Positions 1 through 13,625 are shown, counted from the first letter of the stretch. The stretch is 64,000 nucleotides of DNA from Heptranchias perlo (GCF_035084215.1 NC_090340.1:15314001-15378000), one strand, 5' to 3'. Numbers and translations: made by a program. The notes: generated from the sequence alone by a model not told the origin.

Positions 1-36
1 GAATTGCATTGGCCTCCATTAAACACCCCAGCCTTT

Positions 37-3000
37 AACATAAGAACAGAAGAAATAGGAGCAGGAGTAGGCCAATCGGCTCCTCGAGCCTGCTCCGCCA
101 TTCAATAACATCATGGCTGATCTGATCCTAACATCAAATCTAAATTCATGTCCAATTTCCTGCCCGCTTCCCGTATCCCCTAATTCTCTTCACTTCGAGG
201 AAACTGTCGATTTCTGTTTTAAATTTATTTAATGATGTAGCTTCCACAGCTTCCTGGGGCAGCAAATTCCACAGACCTACTACCCTCTGAGTGAAGAAGT
301 TTCTCCTCATCTTAGTTTTGAAAGAGCAGCCCCTTATTCTAAGATTATGCCCCCTAGTTCCAGTTTCACCCATCCTTGGGAACATCCTTACCGCATCCAC
401 CCAATCAAGCCCCTTCACAATATTACATGTTTCAATAAGATTGCCTCTCATTCTTCTGAACTCCAATGAGTAGAGTCCCAATCTACTCAACCTCTCCTCA
501 TATGTCCACCCCCTCATCCCCGGGATTAACTTAGTGAACCTTCTTTGTACTGCCTCAAGAGCAAGTATGTCTTTTCTTAAGTATGGACACCAAAACTTTA
601 TGCAGTATACCAGGTGCGGTCTCACCAATACCTTGTATAACTGCGGCAATACCTCCGTGTTTTTATATTCTATCCCCCTAGCAATAAAAGCCAACATTCC
701 GTTGGCCTTCTTGATCACCTGCTGCACCTGCATACTAACCTTTTGATTTTCTTGCACCAGGACCCCCAGATCCCTTTGTACTGCAGTACTTTCCAGTTTC
801 TCGCGATTAAGATAATAACTTGCTCTCTGATTTTTCCTGCCAAAGTGCATAACCTCACATTTTCCAATATTGTATTGCATCTCCCAAATCTCCGCCCACT
901 CACCCAACCTGTCTATATCCCCTTGTAGGTTTTTTATGTCCTCCTCACTCTCTACTTTCCCTCCCATCTTTGTACCATCTGCAAACTTTGATATGTTACA
1001 CTCGGTCCCCTCCTCCAAATCGTTAATATAGATTGTAAAGAGTTGGGGACCCAGCACCGACCCCTACGGAACACCACTGGCTACTGGTTGCCAGTCCGAG
1101 AATGAACAATTTATCCCAACTCTCTGCTTCCTGTCAGATAACCAATCCTCCACTCATGCCAGAATATTACCCCAAATCCAGTGATTCTTTATCATGAGCA
1201 ATAATCTTTTATGTGGCACCTTGTCGAATGCCTTCTGGAAGCCGAAATACACTACTTCCACTGGTTCCCCTTTATCCACCCTGTACGTTATATCCTCAAA
1301 GAACTCAAGCAAATTTGTCAGACATGACTTCCCCTTCATAAAGCCATGCTGACTTTGTCCTATTAAATTATGTTTATCCAAATGTTCCGCTATTGCCTCC
1401 TTAATAATAGACTCCAACATTTTACCCACCACTGACTGACTGGTCTATAATTTCCAGCCTTCTGCCTACAACCCTTTTTAAATATGGGTGTTACATTAGC
1501 AGTTTTCCAATCTGCCGGGACCTTTGCCGAGTCCAGAGAATTTTGGAAAATTATTACCAAAGCATCCACAATCCCTACTGCCACTTCCCTCAAGACCCGA
1601 GGATGTAAGCCATCAGGTCCAGGGGATTTATCCGCCTTGAGTCCCATTAATTTACTGAGTACCAATTCCTTCGTGATTTTAATTGTATTTAGCTCCTCCC
1701 CCCTTCGAGCCCCCTGTTTGCCCAGTGCTGGGATATTCTTAGTGTCCTCAACCGTAAAGACTGAAACAAAATATTTGTTCAGCATTTTTGCCATCTCCAT
1801 GTTTCCCACCATTAATTTCCCAATCTCATCCTCTAAGGGACCTACGATTGCCTCAGCCACCCTTTTTCTTTTTATATAACGAAAGAAACTCTTGCTATCT
1901 GTTTTTATATTTTTTGCTAATTTATTTTCATAATCTATCTTCCCTTTCTTAATCAATCCTTTAGTTACTTTTTGCTGTCTTTTGAAGACTTCCCAATCTT
2001 CTATCCTCCCACTAAGTTTGGCTACCTTATATGTCATTGCTTTTAGTCGGATACTTTCCTTAATTTCGTTACTTCGCTACGAATGGCTGTCATTTCTTTT
2101 ACACCCTTTTTTCCTCAGTGGAATATATTTTTTTTAAAGTTGTAAAATAACTCCTCAAATGAACACCACTGCTCATGTACCGTCTTACCCTTTAATCTAT
2201 TTTCCCAGTCCACTTTAATCAATTCCGCTCTCATACCGTCATAGTCTCCTTTATTCAAGCTCAGTACGCTTGTTTGAGAACCAACCTTCTCACCCTCTAA
2301 TTGGATATGGAATGTAACCATGTTATGGTCACTCATTCCAAGGGGATCCTTAACTAGGACATTATTAATTAATCCTGGCTCATTACACAGGACCATGTCC
2401 AAGGTTGCTTGCCCCCTTGTAGGATCAGTTACATACTGCTCAAGAAATCCATCACTAATACACTCAATAAACTCTTCCTCAAGGTTGCCCTGCCCAATTT
2501 GATTTGTCCAGTTAATATGATAGTTAAAATCCCCCATAATTATAGCTGTTCCCTTATTACATGCCCCGACTATTTCCTGATTAATACTTCTTCCAGTAGA
2601 GTTGCAACTATTAGGAGGCCTATATACTACGCCCACTAGTGTTTTTTCCCCCTTATTATTCCTTATCTCTACCCAAACTGTTTCATTATCCTGATCCTTT
2701 GTCCCAATATCATTTCTCTGTATTACAGTGATTCCTTCTTTTATTAACATAGCCACCCAAACTCCCCTTCCTCCCTGCCTGTCCATCCGGATTGTTAAAT
2801 AGCCTGGCATATTTAATTCCCAGTCGTTGTCACCCTGCAGCCATGTTTCTGTAATGGCCACACGATCATACCCATACGTAGTTATTTGTGCCGTTAACTC
2901 GTCCATTTTGTTACGAATGCTACGTGCATTCAGATAAAGAACTTTCAAATATGTTTTGTAACACTTTGTTCCTGCTTTTTCCTTTTTTAACGCTTTACCT

Positions 3001-3497
3001 TTTACTCCATACTTTCTGTCCCTTCCTGACACGCTTTCCTCTGTCTCCCTGCTCAGGTTCCCAACCCCCTGCCACAGCTTTGATGCTGGGTTAATCGCCT
3101 TACACTTCTAGTTTTTATTTTATCTGTCGTGCCTAAAGTACACTTTCTTTCCGCTGATCTACGCTTTTCCCTTTCACTTGTTCTTGAACAACCGTTTGTA
3201 CTATTTGTATTGTAGAGTTCCCCTGGGTCTTCCCCTCTCTTGCTGCTCTCAACTTTATTCCCTTCTGACTCCCCGCTCAGGTTCCCATCACCCTGCCACT
3301 CTAGTTTAAACCTTCCCCAACAGCACGAGCAAACACCCCCGCGAGGACATTGGTCCCGGTCTTGCTCAGGTGTAACCCGTCACGCTTGTACAGGTCCCAC
3401 CTTCCCTATGTCCCAGGAATCTAAATCCCTCCCTCCTACAACATCCCTGCAGCCACACATTCATCCTGTCTATTCTCCTGTTCCTATACTCACTAAT
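37..3497 (-). mobile_element. CR1 LINE, near-complete ORF2 (APE endonuclease + RT), frameshifted, with a short ORF1 3' remnant
   Basis: Minus ORFs 2115-3032 (YLNARSI, AITETWL, MGDFN, SDH), 1390-2037, 1154-1432, 146-1057 (QGSVLGP, FADG instead of FADD); (TTCTTATG)-type 3' tail at about 37-56. Confidence 0.95.
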
Positions 3498-5266
3498 ACT
3501 ATTTTCCTTTCCATTGATTTTAATGGCGAGGAAAATCGGGTGTGGTATATTTGGGGCGGTAAATTCGATATTGCCTGTTTCACTCTATCACCCAAAGTTA
3601 AAATTACTCCCATTGATGCAATGGTAGATGTATCTGTGAATGTAACAATATTGAATTGGTGTACAATAAAGTATAGGACGTTTAGATTGAACGTAGAAAA
3701 ACGAGAAATGAATTTGCAATATTTTAAAACACATGAATTTCCACTATGGGAATTCTGATTCCCCGCCCCACCCCCCACCCCCCGCACTTCCATGGCAGAT
3801 TCACGAAATCCCTGGGTAACGGCGTTAATGGCATCCTCGGGGTTTTAGTAAATCTTCCACCAAACGTCGGGTGGAGCATCCATGGGGAGACTTTCGTTAA
3901 AATCGAACTCCTTGGAGCGAAACTAATCTTGACCATTAGCGCAAAACCGGCGATCGAGAATTAGCAGCATATTTTACACCCATCCGATTTTCTTTTCCAT
4001 TGAAATCAAAGGAAAAGAAAATCCTGCCGGACGTACTGGAAAAGAATGTCTGCAACGGTGGAAAACGGGCTGCCGATTCTCTGTCACCTGGTCTGCGCTG
4101 CTGCCCAAGACCAATATCACTCCCATATATAATTCTATTTTTTCTTAAAGATCAAGAACCGTCCAGAATCTTTGCATTCTGCTGCTCAAAATTTCCCTGC
4201 TCAATGAAAGGGGAAAATCCTTAGCCTTTGGGAAAGAGTAACGAGTGTTCAAATACAGCAGGGAAAGTAAAACAGACACATACTGAAGCAGGGAACTGAT
4301 GAAGGAGTCACAATATACAGGAATCGAGGATTCAGCAATTTTAGACTTGCATCTGCCTTCTGTTATATTACCCCATGCAGGCTTCTTGAAACATTAGATT
4401 TGGGTCATTAGATCGGTGAACAGGAGTTAAAATCGAGCGGCTCTTTTTTCCTCTTTTGATACTGCCTGGTTCCTCTGTCTCATAGAATTGTGAGGTAATT
4501 ATAACAGCTTACTGGCCACAACGACTGCTGTGGTTGCTCCGACCAGTGAATCCTGCCGGACACCCAGCAAAAGCCCCAAATAGTAAGTTTAAAACTTTCC
4601 TTCGGGGGACCAGCAGAAGCAGCTGAGTTGTCTGCGGTTATCTGAGTGCTGGCAGCAACCTCTGGCCACCCGACCTTCACCTGTTGGCAACTGGTCAGCT
4701 GCCTCCTGACACACAATTTGGGTGGGCAGCTGGCCAGAGGGTTTTAACGTGCTGTTGGGGAATAAGACGGAACGATGTATATGGGATGCCCATTATGGAA
4801 AGTGCTCGATTTTCAGTCCCATTGAAATCGTACTGTCTAATGGTCCTATACTTGTAAATAAGAAAGTGTCCATTAAAACTGGTTCTTCGTGTTAGTATAT
4901 TCAGACAGATAACATACTTATTGTTGCATAAATGTTACAAGCTGAGGAAATTTCAAAATAATTCTAAGTATTGGTATGCATAAATGTCTCGTGCTGAATA
5001 TGTAAAGCTTTCATTTGCCTTATATTTTACTGAGGCTAATTGAAGTGAGTTGTAACGGAAGTTCTATTGACAGAAATATGAATATTGCATTTGAAGCTGA
5101 TTAACATCCACATTTGAACATTTCTGGTCATGTTTTCATCTTGTCGCCAGATTGTCGTGATAGTAACTGCCCGATATTCATTTCCATCAATTAAATTAAT
5201 GGAATGAAAAAATCGGGTGGGGAGTATAAGAGGCGGTGGATCCGCAACCGCCAGTTCTCCGCCCAT

Positions 5267-5421
5267 GGGGTAATTTTAATTTTATCAGTGAGCAAAATAC
5301 GGGCGATGACAAATCGGCCGCCCGTTTTACAACCCCATTGAAGTCAATGGAAAGAAAATCGGATGGGTGTCAAACGGCGGAGCCTGTTTTGAGTCTCGCC
5401 AGAAAAGTTTACATTACCCCC
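5267..5421. mobile_element. Palindromic MITE-like element
   Basis: Terminal inverted repeats GGGGTAATTTTAATTTT ... AAAAGTTTACATTACCCC and central palindrome CCATTGAAGTCAATGG (5335-5350). Related copies or halves at about 3498-3612, 3961-4125, 5150-5265, 7510-7612, 13330-13455, 46620-46740. Confidence 0.7.
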
Positions 5422-5549
5422 AAATGGAAATCGTGGTTTCTGTAACGAGCGGCTGATCCGTATCGCGGGCTTTATGCCTGGCTGGCAAGTTCAAAATCGA
5501 ACCCTCTGTCTCTCATTTTATGTTACATTGCAATGCGTTTGATCGTGAT

Positions 5550-5742
5550 AGGTAATTGGCGGTTCTATCTTATACCTCCATTCTCATGTCAAACTGGCGG
5601 TACCCGATCGGTCGCCCGTTACACACGTCGCTTGATTTTTCTTCCATTGAAGTTAATGGAAAAGAAATTTAGGAGAGGTACCTAACAGGCGGCAGATCAG
5701 ATATCTCCCGTTTCTAACTAGCGCCAAAAGTTAAAATTACCC
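5550..5742. mobile_element. Palindromic MITE-like element, same family
   Basis: Central TTCCATTGAAGTTAATGGAA, right end AAAAGTTAAAATTACCC. Confidence 0.65.
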
Positions 5743-6454
5743 ACCTTCATTTTCCTGTTAATGACCAGTAATGTTGCATTAAATAAAAGATATTTACCGA
5801 CTTAATTCCATTGTTTCCTTTCGAAATAATGACCCATTTAGTGACCACACAGTCATATTAGAAATTCTTTTGGAAAGGAGTGTCAGTTTTGAACACTTGA
5901 ATAAAATTGATATTAATAATAGTTTCAATTTTATTGGTCATCAAATTTCACTTCTTGTTGTTTACAAAAGCACCGTTCTTTAGAGTGACCATTCCGCGCG
6001 TGTTGCAGTCCCGGGAATCCCTGCTGAACTCGCCTGCTGCCATTGATGTTCTACGTTGCTCTGCGACACAGAGGTTGGGGCCGTAGGATTGTGCGTGAGG
6101 TGCAGAATAACGATGAGTTAAATTTTCGAAACTAAAGTCGGCCGAATACTTTCCATTTTATAATATTAGAAAAGAGTTAGCTATCCTGTCACTGCCAGTG
6201 GAAGGACTTTATTGCACGAGTTTAAGTACCCACGAAGAGAGTTCTACTTTAGATTCCAGAGGCGTCTGAACCAAAAGGAAAGCACAGCACCGTCTGCTGA
6301 ATAAAAGCAGAAACTATTGAAAACACAGAGTCGAACTGTTCGAACAAGGGGTCTCAGTGAAAAAATAAACTGTTCTCATTCTTTTATGATGCAGAAAAAC
6401 TGTCAGATTTTCCAGGATCTTCTGTTTATATTTTACGATTCAGTATCCATGCCC

Positions 6455-7050
6455 CATCCATGTATTTGCTACCTCCAGGCTGGGCGATTCCAATGGTCTC
6501 CTGGCTGGCCTGCCATCTTGCACCCTCCATAAACATTAGCTCATCCAAAACTCTGCTGCCCATGTCCTAATTCGCACCAATTCCCGTTCTCCCATCACTC
6601 CTATGCTCACTAACCTGCATTGACTCCCTGTCCGGGAGCGCTTGGATTTTAAAATTCTCATCCTTGTTTGCAAATTCCTCTTTGGCCTTGCCCTCCCTAT
6701 CTCCATAACCTCGTCCAGACCTACAACCCTCCGAAATCTCTGCGCGCCTCCAATCCATACCTCTTGCACATTCCCGATATTAATCGCTCCAACATCGGCA
6801 GCGGTGTCTTCAGCTGCCTAGGCCCTAAGCTCTGGAATTCCATCTCTAAACTTCTCCGACTCTCAACCTCTCCTCCTTTAAGACACTGCTGAAAACCTAC
6901 CTCTTTGACCAAGCTTTTGGTCATTCTGTCCTGATAGCGCCTTATGTGGTTCGGTGTGAAATTTTCTTTGATAAGGTCTCTGTGAAGCGCCTTGGGACGT
7001 TTTATTGCGTTAGAGGCGCTATATCGATGGAAGTTGTTGATGTTGATGAT
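6455..7050 (+). mobile_element. L2-type LINE 3' fragment
   Basis: Degenerate RT C-terminal region (LIQNSAA-like, HITP-L--LH-LP) followed by the L2-type 3' end and a (TTG/TGA)n tail. Confidence 0.75.
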
Positions 7051-7109
7051 TATCTCTCTTGTCCACTGATAGCGCTTCAGAGTTGCTACAGATATCTTAC
7101 TGCAACCAA

Positions 7110-7190
7110 AGGAGCCAGTCTTTGGCTTCGTGGTAGCATACCCACCTCTGAGTCAACAGGTGCACGGTTCAACCCCTACTGCAGAATGTC
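7110..7190 (+). mobile_element. tRNA-derived SINE head, degenerate
   Basis: TGGCTTCGTGG A-box-like and GGTTCAACCCC B-box-like motifs; a related minus-strand copy lies at 13500-13625. Confidence 0.5.
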
Positions 7191-7877
7191 CTGGCCAGTG
7201 GAGACTAGAGCTCCAGCTTTGGGTTCACATCCAACGTGATACAGACTCCCAGTGGGTGAGGGTGGCCAGTGTATAAGTTGTGCGAGCAATACTCCTGCCG
7301 TATAGGGCTAACCATTTTATTGGCTGGCATAACGATGGTTATAACCATGAAAGGAGCGCCCTGTGAATCTGCGAATCCTTCCCTTAATTCACACTATTCA
7401 CGAAGGCAAGATACAAAAACAACGACTGGAACTTGCATCACTGCAGAAGTTTAATTCATAAATACAGTTGAATGGGATATTCTAATTTGAACTACAACTG
7501 AGCAAAAGTAAGGTATTGTCAATGGAAATAAAAATGGGGAGAGATGTAAAACCGGATACCGATTCGCAATCGCCCGTTTTACACCATCGCACAAAATCAA
7601 AATCTACCGCAATGAGCTAGGAAACCGTCCCTTTATGTCTGAGAAGCAGGTTTCAATCCTCAATACATACTAATTGGAATCTCTTTGTTTTCGCGATCGT
7701 GAAATGAGATTTAACAGTCGTAAGCCTGAGTCCAGTGAACTTGGGCCCACGGCGGAAAATTGTCCCTAAATTGGTACTCATTATGAATCTCGCTTCGATA
7801 GATCTGATAGGAGGTTATTGTGAGAACTGTTATCCTGCTCCAGTTCTATTCGCAATTTTCGATGAAACGAAACTAGT

Positions 7878-10800
7878 ACGGTAGCATAGTGGTTATGTTA
7901 CTGGGCTAGTAATCCAGAGGCCACGGCAGCTGGGGAATTTAAGTTCAATTAATTAAATTCAATTAATTAAATAAAATCTGGAATTAAAATACTAGTATCA
8001 GTAATGGTGGCCATGAAACTACCGGATTGTTGTAAAAACCCATCTGGTTCACTAATGTACTTTAGGGAAGGAAACATACCGTCCTTACCTGGTCTAGTCT
8101 ATATGTAACTCCAGACCCACAGCAATGTGGTTGATTCTTAATTGCCCTCTGAAATGGCCTAGCAAGCCACTCAGTTGTAAAACCTCGCTAAAAAAAAGTC
8201 ACAATAAGAATAAAACCGGATGGACCACCCGGCATCGGACCACTAGGCACTGGAAATGACAAAGGCAAACCAAGCCCAATCGGCCCTGCAAAGTCCTCCT
8301 CACGAACATCTGGGGACCTGTGCCAATATTGGGAGAGCTGTCCCACAGACTAGTCAAGCAACAGCCTGACCCAGCCATACTCACAGAATCATACCTTTCA
8401 TCCAATGTCCCAGACTCTTCCATCACCATCCCTGGGTATGTCCTGGCCCATAGGCAGGACAGATCTTTTAGAAGTGGCGGTACAGTGATATACAGTCAGG
8501 AGGGAGTGGCCCTGGGAGTCCTCAACATTGACTCTGGACCCCATGAAATCTCATGGCATCAGGTCAAACATGGGCAAGGAAATCTCCTGCTAATTACCAC
8601 CTACCGCCCTCCCTCAGCTGATGAATCAGTCCTCCACCATGTTGAACACCACTTGGAGGAAGCACTGAGAGTAGCAAGGGCACAGAATGTACTCTGGGTG
8701 GGGGACCACAATGTCCATCACCAAGAGTGGATCGGTAGCACCACTACTGACCGAGCTGGCCGAGTGCTAAAGGACATAGCTGCTAGACTGGGCCTGCGGC
8801 AGGTGGTGAGCGAATCAACACGAGGGAAAAAATTGTTTGACCTCATCCTCACCAATCTACCTGTCGCAGATGCATCTGTCCATGACATTATTGGTAGGAG
8901 TGACCACTGCACAGTCCTCGTGGAGATGAAGTCCCGTTTTCGCAGTGAGGACACCATCCAACGTGTTGTGTGGCACTACCACAGTGCTAAATGGGATAGA
9001 TTCAGAACAGATCCAGCAGCTCAAAACTGGGCATTCACGAGGCGTTGTGGGCCATCAGCAGCAGCAGAATTGTATTGCAGAACAATCTGTAACCTCATGG
9101 CCCGGCATATTCCTCACTCTACCATTACCAACAAGCTAGGGGATCAACCCTGGTTCAATGAGAAGTGTAGAAGAGCAGGCCAGGAGCAGCACCAGGCGTA
9201 CCTAAAAATGAGGTGCCAACCTGGTGAAGCTGCAACTCATGACTACATGCATGCTAAACAGCGGAAGCAACATGCTATAGACAGAGCTAAGCGATTCCAC
9301 AACCAATGGATCGGATCAAAGTTCTGCAGTCCTGCCACATCCAGTCGTGAATGGTGGTGGACAATTCAACAACTAACGGGAGGAGGAGGCTCTGTAAACA
9401 TCCCCATTCTCAATGATGGCGGAGTCCTGCACATGTATGCAAAAGGCAAGGCTGAAGCGTTTGCAACCATCTTCAGCCAGAAGTGCCAAGTGGATGATCC
9501 ATCTTGGCCTCCTCCATATATCCCCACCATCACAGAAGCCAGTCTTCAGCCAATTCGATTCACTCCACATGATATCAAGAAACGGCTGAGTGCACTGGAT
9601 ACAGCAAAGGCTATGGGCCCCGACAACACCCCGGCTGTAGTACTGAAGTCTTGTGCTCCAGAACTAGCTGCGCCTCTAGCCAAACTGTTCCAGTACAGCT
9701 ACAACACTGCCATCTACCCAACAATGTGGAAAATTATGTCCTGTCCACAAAAAGCAGGACAAATCCAATCCGGCCAATTACTGCCTCATCAGTCTACTCT
9801 CAAGCATCAGCAAAGTGATGGAAGGTGTCGTCGACACTGCTATCAAGCGGCACTTACTCACCAATAACCTGCTCACCGATGCTCAGTTTGGGTTCCACCA
9901 GGACCACTCGGCTCCAGACCTCATTACAGCCTTAGTCCAAACATGAACAAAAGAGCTGAATTCCAGAGGTGAGGTGAAAGTGACTGCCCTTGACATCAAG
10001 GCAGCATTTGACTGATTGTGGCACCAAGGAGCCCTAGTAAAATTGAAGTCAATGGGAATCAGGGGGAAAACTCTCCATTTGCTGGAGTCATACCTAGCAC
10101 AAAGGAAGATGGTAGTAGTTGTTGGAGGCCAATCATCCCAGCCCCAGAACATTGCTGCAGGAGTTCGTCAAGGCAGTGTCCTCAGCCCAACCATCTTCAG
10201 CTGCTTCATCAATGACCTTCCCTCCATCATAAGGTCAGAAATGGGGATGTTCGCTGATGATTGCACAGTGTTCAGTTCCATTCGCAACCCCTCAATTAAT
10301 GAAGCCGTCCGATCCCGCATTCAGCAAGACTTGGACAACATCCAGGCTTGAGCTCATAAGTGGCAAGTAACATTCGCGCCAGACAAGTGCCAGGCAATGA
10401 CCATCTCCAAAAATAGACAGTCTAACTACCTCCCCTTGACATTCAACGGCATTACCATCGCCGAATCCCCCACCATCAACATCCTGGGGGTCACCAGAAA
10501 CTTAACTGGACCAGCCATATAAATACCGTGGCTACAAGAGCAGGTCAGAGGCTGGGTATTCTGTGGCGAGTGACTCACTTCCTGACTCTCAAAGCCTTTC
10601 CACCATCTACAAGGCACAAGTCAGGAGTGTGATGGAATACTCTCCACTTGCCTTGATGACTGCTGCTCCAACAACTCTCAAGAAGCTCGACACCATCCAG
10701 GACAAAGCAGCCCGCTCGATTGGCACCCCATCCACCACCCTAAATATTCACTCCCTTCACCACTGGCGCACTGTGGCTGCAGTGTGTACCATCCACAGGA

Positions 10801-11617
10801 TGTACTGCAGCAACTCGCCAAGGCTTCTGCGACAGCACCACCCAAACCCGCGAACTCTACCACCTCGAAGGACAAGAGCAGCAGGTACATGGGAACAACA
10901 CCACCTGCACGTTCCCCTCCATAGAATCATAGAAGTTACAACATGGAGACAGGCCCTTCGGCCCAACATGTCCATGTCGCCCAGTTTATACCACTGAGCT
11001 AGTCCCAATTGCCTGCACTTGGCCCATATCCCTCTATACCCATCTTACCCATGTAACTGTCCAAATGCTTTTTAAAAGACAAAATTGTACCCGCCTCTAC
11101 TACTGCCTCTGACAGCTCGTTCCAGACACTCACCACCCTTTGAGTGAAAAAATTGCCCCTCTGGATCCTTTTTTATCTCTCCCCTCTCACCTTAAATCTA
11201 TGTCCCCTCGTTATAGACTCCCCTACCTTTGGGAAAAGATTTTGACTATCTACCTTATTTATGCCCCACATTATTTTATAGACTTCTATAAGATCACCCC
11301 TTAACCTCCCACTCTCCAGGGAAATAAGTCCCAGTCTATCTAACCTCTCCCTATAAGTCAAACCATCAAGTCCCGGTAGCATCCTAGTAAATGTCACACA
11401 CCATCCCGACTTGGAAATATAGCACCGTTCCTTCATCGTCGCTGGGTCAAAATCCTGGAACTCCCTTCCTAACAGCACAGTGGGAGAACCTTCACAACAC
11501 TGACTGCAGCGGTTCAAGAAGGCGGCTCACCACCACCTTCTCAAGGGCAATTAGGGATGGGCAATAAATGCCGGCCTTGCCAGCGACGCCCACATCTTAT
11601 GATCGAATAACAAAAAA
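7878..11617 (+). mobile_element. Single-ORF APE-RT non-LTR retrotransposon (family B, clade not determined), apparently full length, disrupted
   Basis: ORFs 8320-9867 (APE), 10016-10351 (QGSVL, MFADD), 10563-10997; 3' tail GGGCAATTAGGGATGGGCAATAAATG...GAATAACAAAAAA; the 5' UTR starts with a tRNA-like head. Confidence 0.9.
10921..11392 (-). mobile_element. 5'-truncated CR1 3' end nested in family B LINE
   Basis: Interrupts the host at GTTCCCCTCC|AAGTCACAC (uninterrupted at 36885-36903); encodes FTRMLPGL...RLRGDLIEVYKIM...TRGH; ATAGAATCATAGAA tail. Confidence 0.9.
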
Positions 11618-11959
11618 CTTACTCACAATATATCTGACCTGACAGCGCTTCATCTCTATGCTGAATGCTTGAAATGGGGAGTGTACCCTTCATTGAAATT
11701 AACATCCTTCACTTCATGAGTCCGAAAAAAGGACCAAAGAAAACAGCCATGGATTTAATAAAAAATACAATTTGGCTTCCGAACCAAAGTTTGCATCCAA
11801 ATTCTCCCCCATTAGTGCCCAGTTATGATGCACGCTTGTTTCTAGAATCCCCCCACCGAAATTCACATAAGGCACCACTAGTAACGTTCCTCCTCGCTCA
11901 ACCACATCAGTTAACTAGAACTTTTTGGCTGCGGGATTGGAGACTATTCCAAATCCAGC

Positions 11960-12345
11960 GTTTCAAATTCCTGCTGATACCACATGATTCTATCTCGTGC
12001 AGCTATCTTAGTCTGAGGTACCTTAACAAGGGCGTTCTGGAAGTCCAGGTAGACAATGTCTACCGGATTTCCGTCATCAACTACTCTAGCGACTTCCTCA
12101 AAAAAACTATCAAATTTTTACTGCACGACCTATTTTTTCGAAAGCCGTTTTGTGAATTTCTAATGGCCCCTTTGCTTTTCCAGTGATTATAAAGGGCATC
12201 TCTTACAATCCCTTCTATCATCTCCCCAAAGTGGCTGTCACGCTGATAGGCCTACAATTCCCTATCTCTGATTTGTCCCCTTTTTTTTCAAAACGGGATG
12301 GCGTTTGCAACAGCGCGGTAAATAACTCTGTTAGAACAAATGGAA
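11960..12345 (-). mobile_element. Old CR1 RT fragment
   Basis: Minus translation FEKKGDKSEIGNCRPISV and a degenerate LDFQ-A--KVP region. Confidence 0.6.
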
Positions 12346-13499
12346 TTACTGGAAATGATACACGGCCTAGCACATCAATAAGTAATTTAAAATATATCAC
12401 TTTCAGAAAAACATGTGTTACTGAGAGATTGCACCATTATATATTGGACAGTGAGACTTTTTCTCTGGAAGTGAACCCAATTTTACTCTTTACAGCTTAC
12501 AGGGTTATAAAGTCGACTTATCTTTTTATTATGAAATATAAAATGTTTTGTCATTTCATCTTGCATCATTGTGAGTGGACAACATGGGAGTTTAGAGGAT
12601 GTTAAGGTTTCAATTATATTTTTTAAAAACTATACGCATTGTATTTAGGTCGCTGTATCCACAGCCAGTCCGATAGAGAGTGTGAACAAGTATTTAAGTT
12701 ATCAATCCACTCCTTCGTTTGCGTTTATATCATTTTTAAACTAGATCAGCACGATTTACAACTGAGAACTTTTCAACGTCAAATGGCGATAAGGACTAAG
12801 AGATCCAAACCAGTCAGTAAGACTGTCCTTGAACATCTCAACAGAAACTGAAATTGATACAAATTATCACTCTGGGGCGATTGCGTCATGGCATTAAAAA
12901 GTCAGCTTCCATTCATCGAACGAACTATTTCTCACATCGAAGCTGGTAAATACATTGCTTGAATTAACTTCAGTTATCCATGTTAATGGTATAATTCAAC
13001 GTAAGTTTAACGAGAATTTAAACCGAAAAAAAAATGCAGTTCCGTCCAAACCAGGTCCCAGTTTTTTCCTCTTCTCAACTTGATCAGTCGGTGCACATTC
13101 TGCGCGCCCAATCTACGCACCAAATCAGAAGTTCTTCCATTTGTAAACGCCAGTTGAAACTAACATTTCCACCGCCCCAAAACAAGTAAGCAGTTCCAGC
13201 TGATGGCAACTCCCCACCTCTGTTGAAAAAGTAGACGATAATCTTTTAAGTTGGTATTACACGATTAAAGCGAGAAATGAAGGGGGTGATTCTCTTCGTC
13301 TCAAATGCAACTTTCGGAAATAGAATAGCATATTGGTGTTCTTTAGGTTACACTCTCCCTGAAGCCAATGGAAATAAAAATCGGGAGGGATGTAAAACGG
13401 GCTGCCGATTTGCTATCACCCGTTTTACATTCTCGCATGAAGTTTCAATTGCTCCCTTTGTGTGTTAATTGGAAGAAGAAAAGATCTGAGACGGCATCT

Positions 13500-13625
13500 C
13501 GGACAATGCGGCACTCACACAGAGCACGGAAGTGGCAGTCTAGATTATGTGCTGAAGTCTCTGGAGTGGGGCTTGAACCCACAATCTTCTAACTCGGACG
13601 CAAGAGCGCTTCCAATGATCCATGA
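13500..13625 (-). mobile_element. tRNA-derived SINE 5' part
   Basis: Reverse complement gives GGGTTCAAGCCCCACTCCAGAGACTTCAGCACATAATCTAG, a B-box followed by SINE body. Confidence 0.6.

Noticed and set aside
11665-12605. Two long plus-strand ORFs (173 and 140 aa)
   Set aside because: Antisense to an old CR1 fragment with no protein motifs; likewise most short ORFs in the track are LINE antisense frames.
12844-12853. Isolated ISRE-like GAAACTGAAA
   Set aside because: Single short motif 4.5 kb from the nearest ATG with no paralog support; expected by chance in AT-rich DNA.
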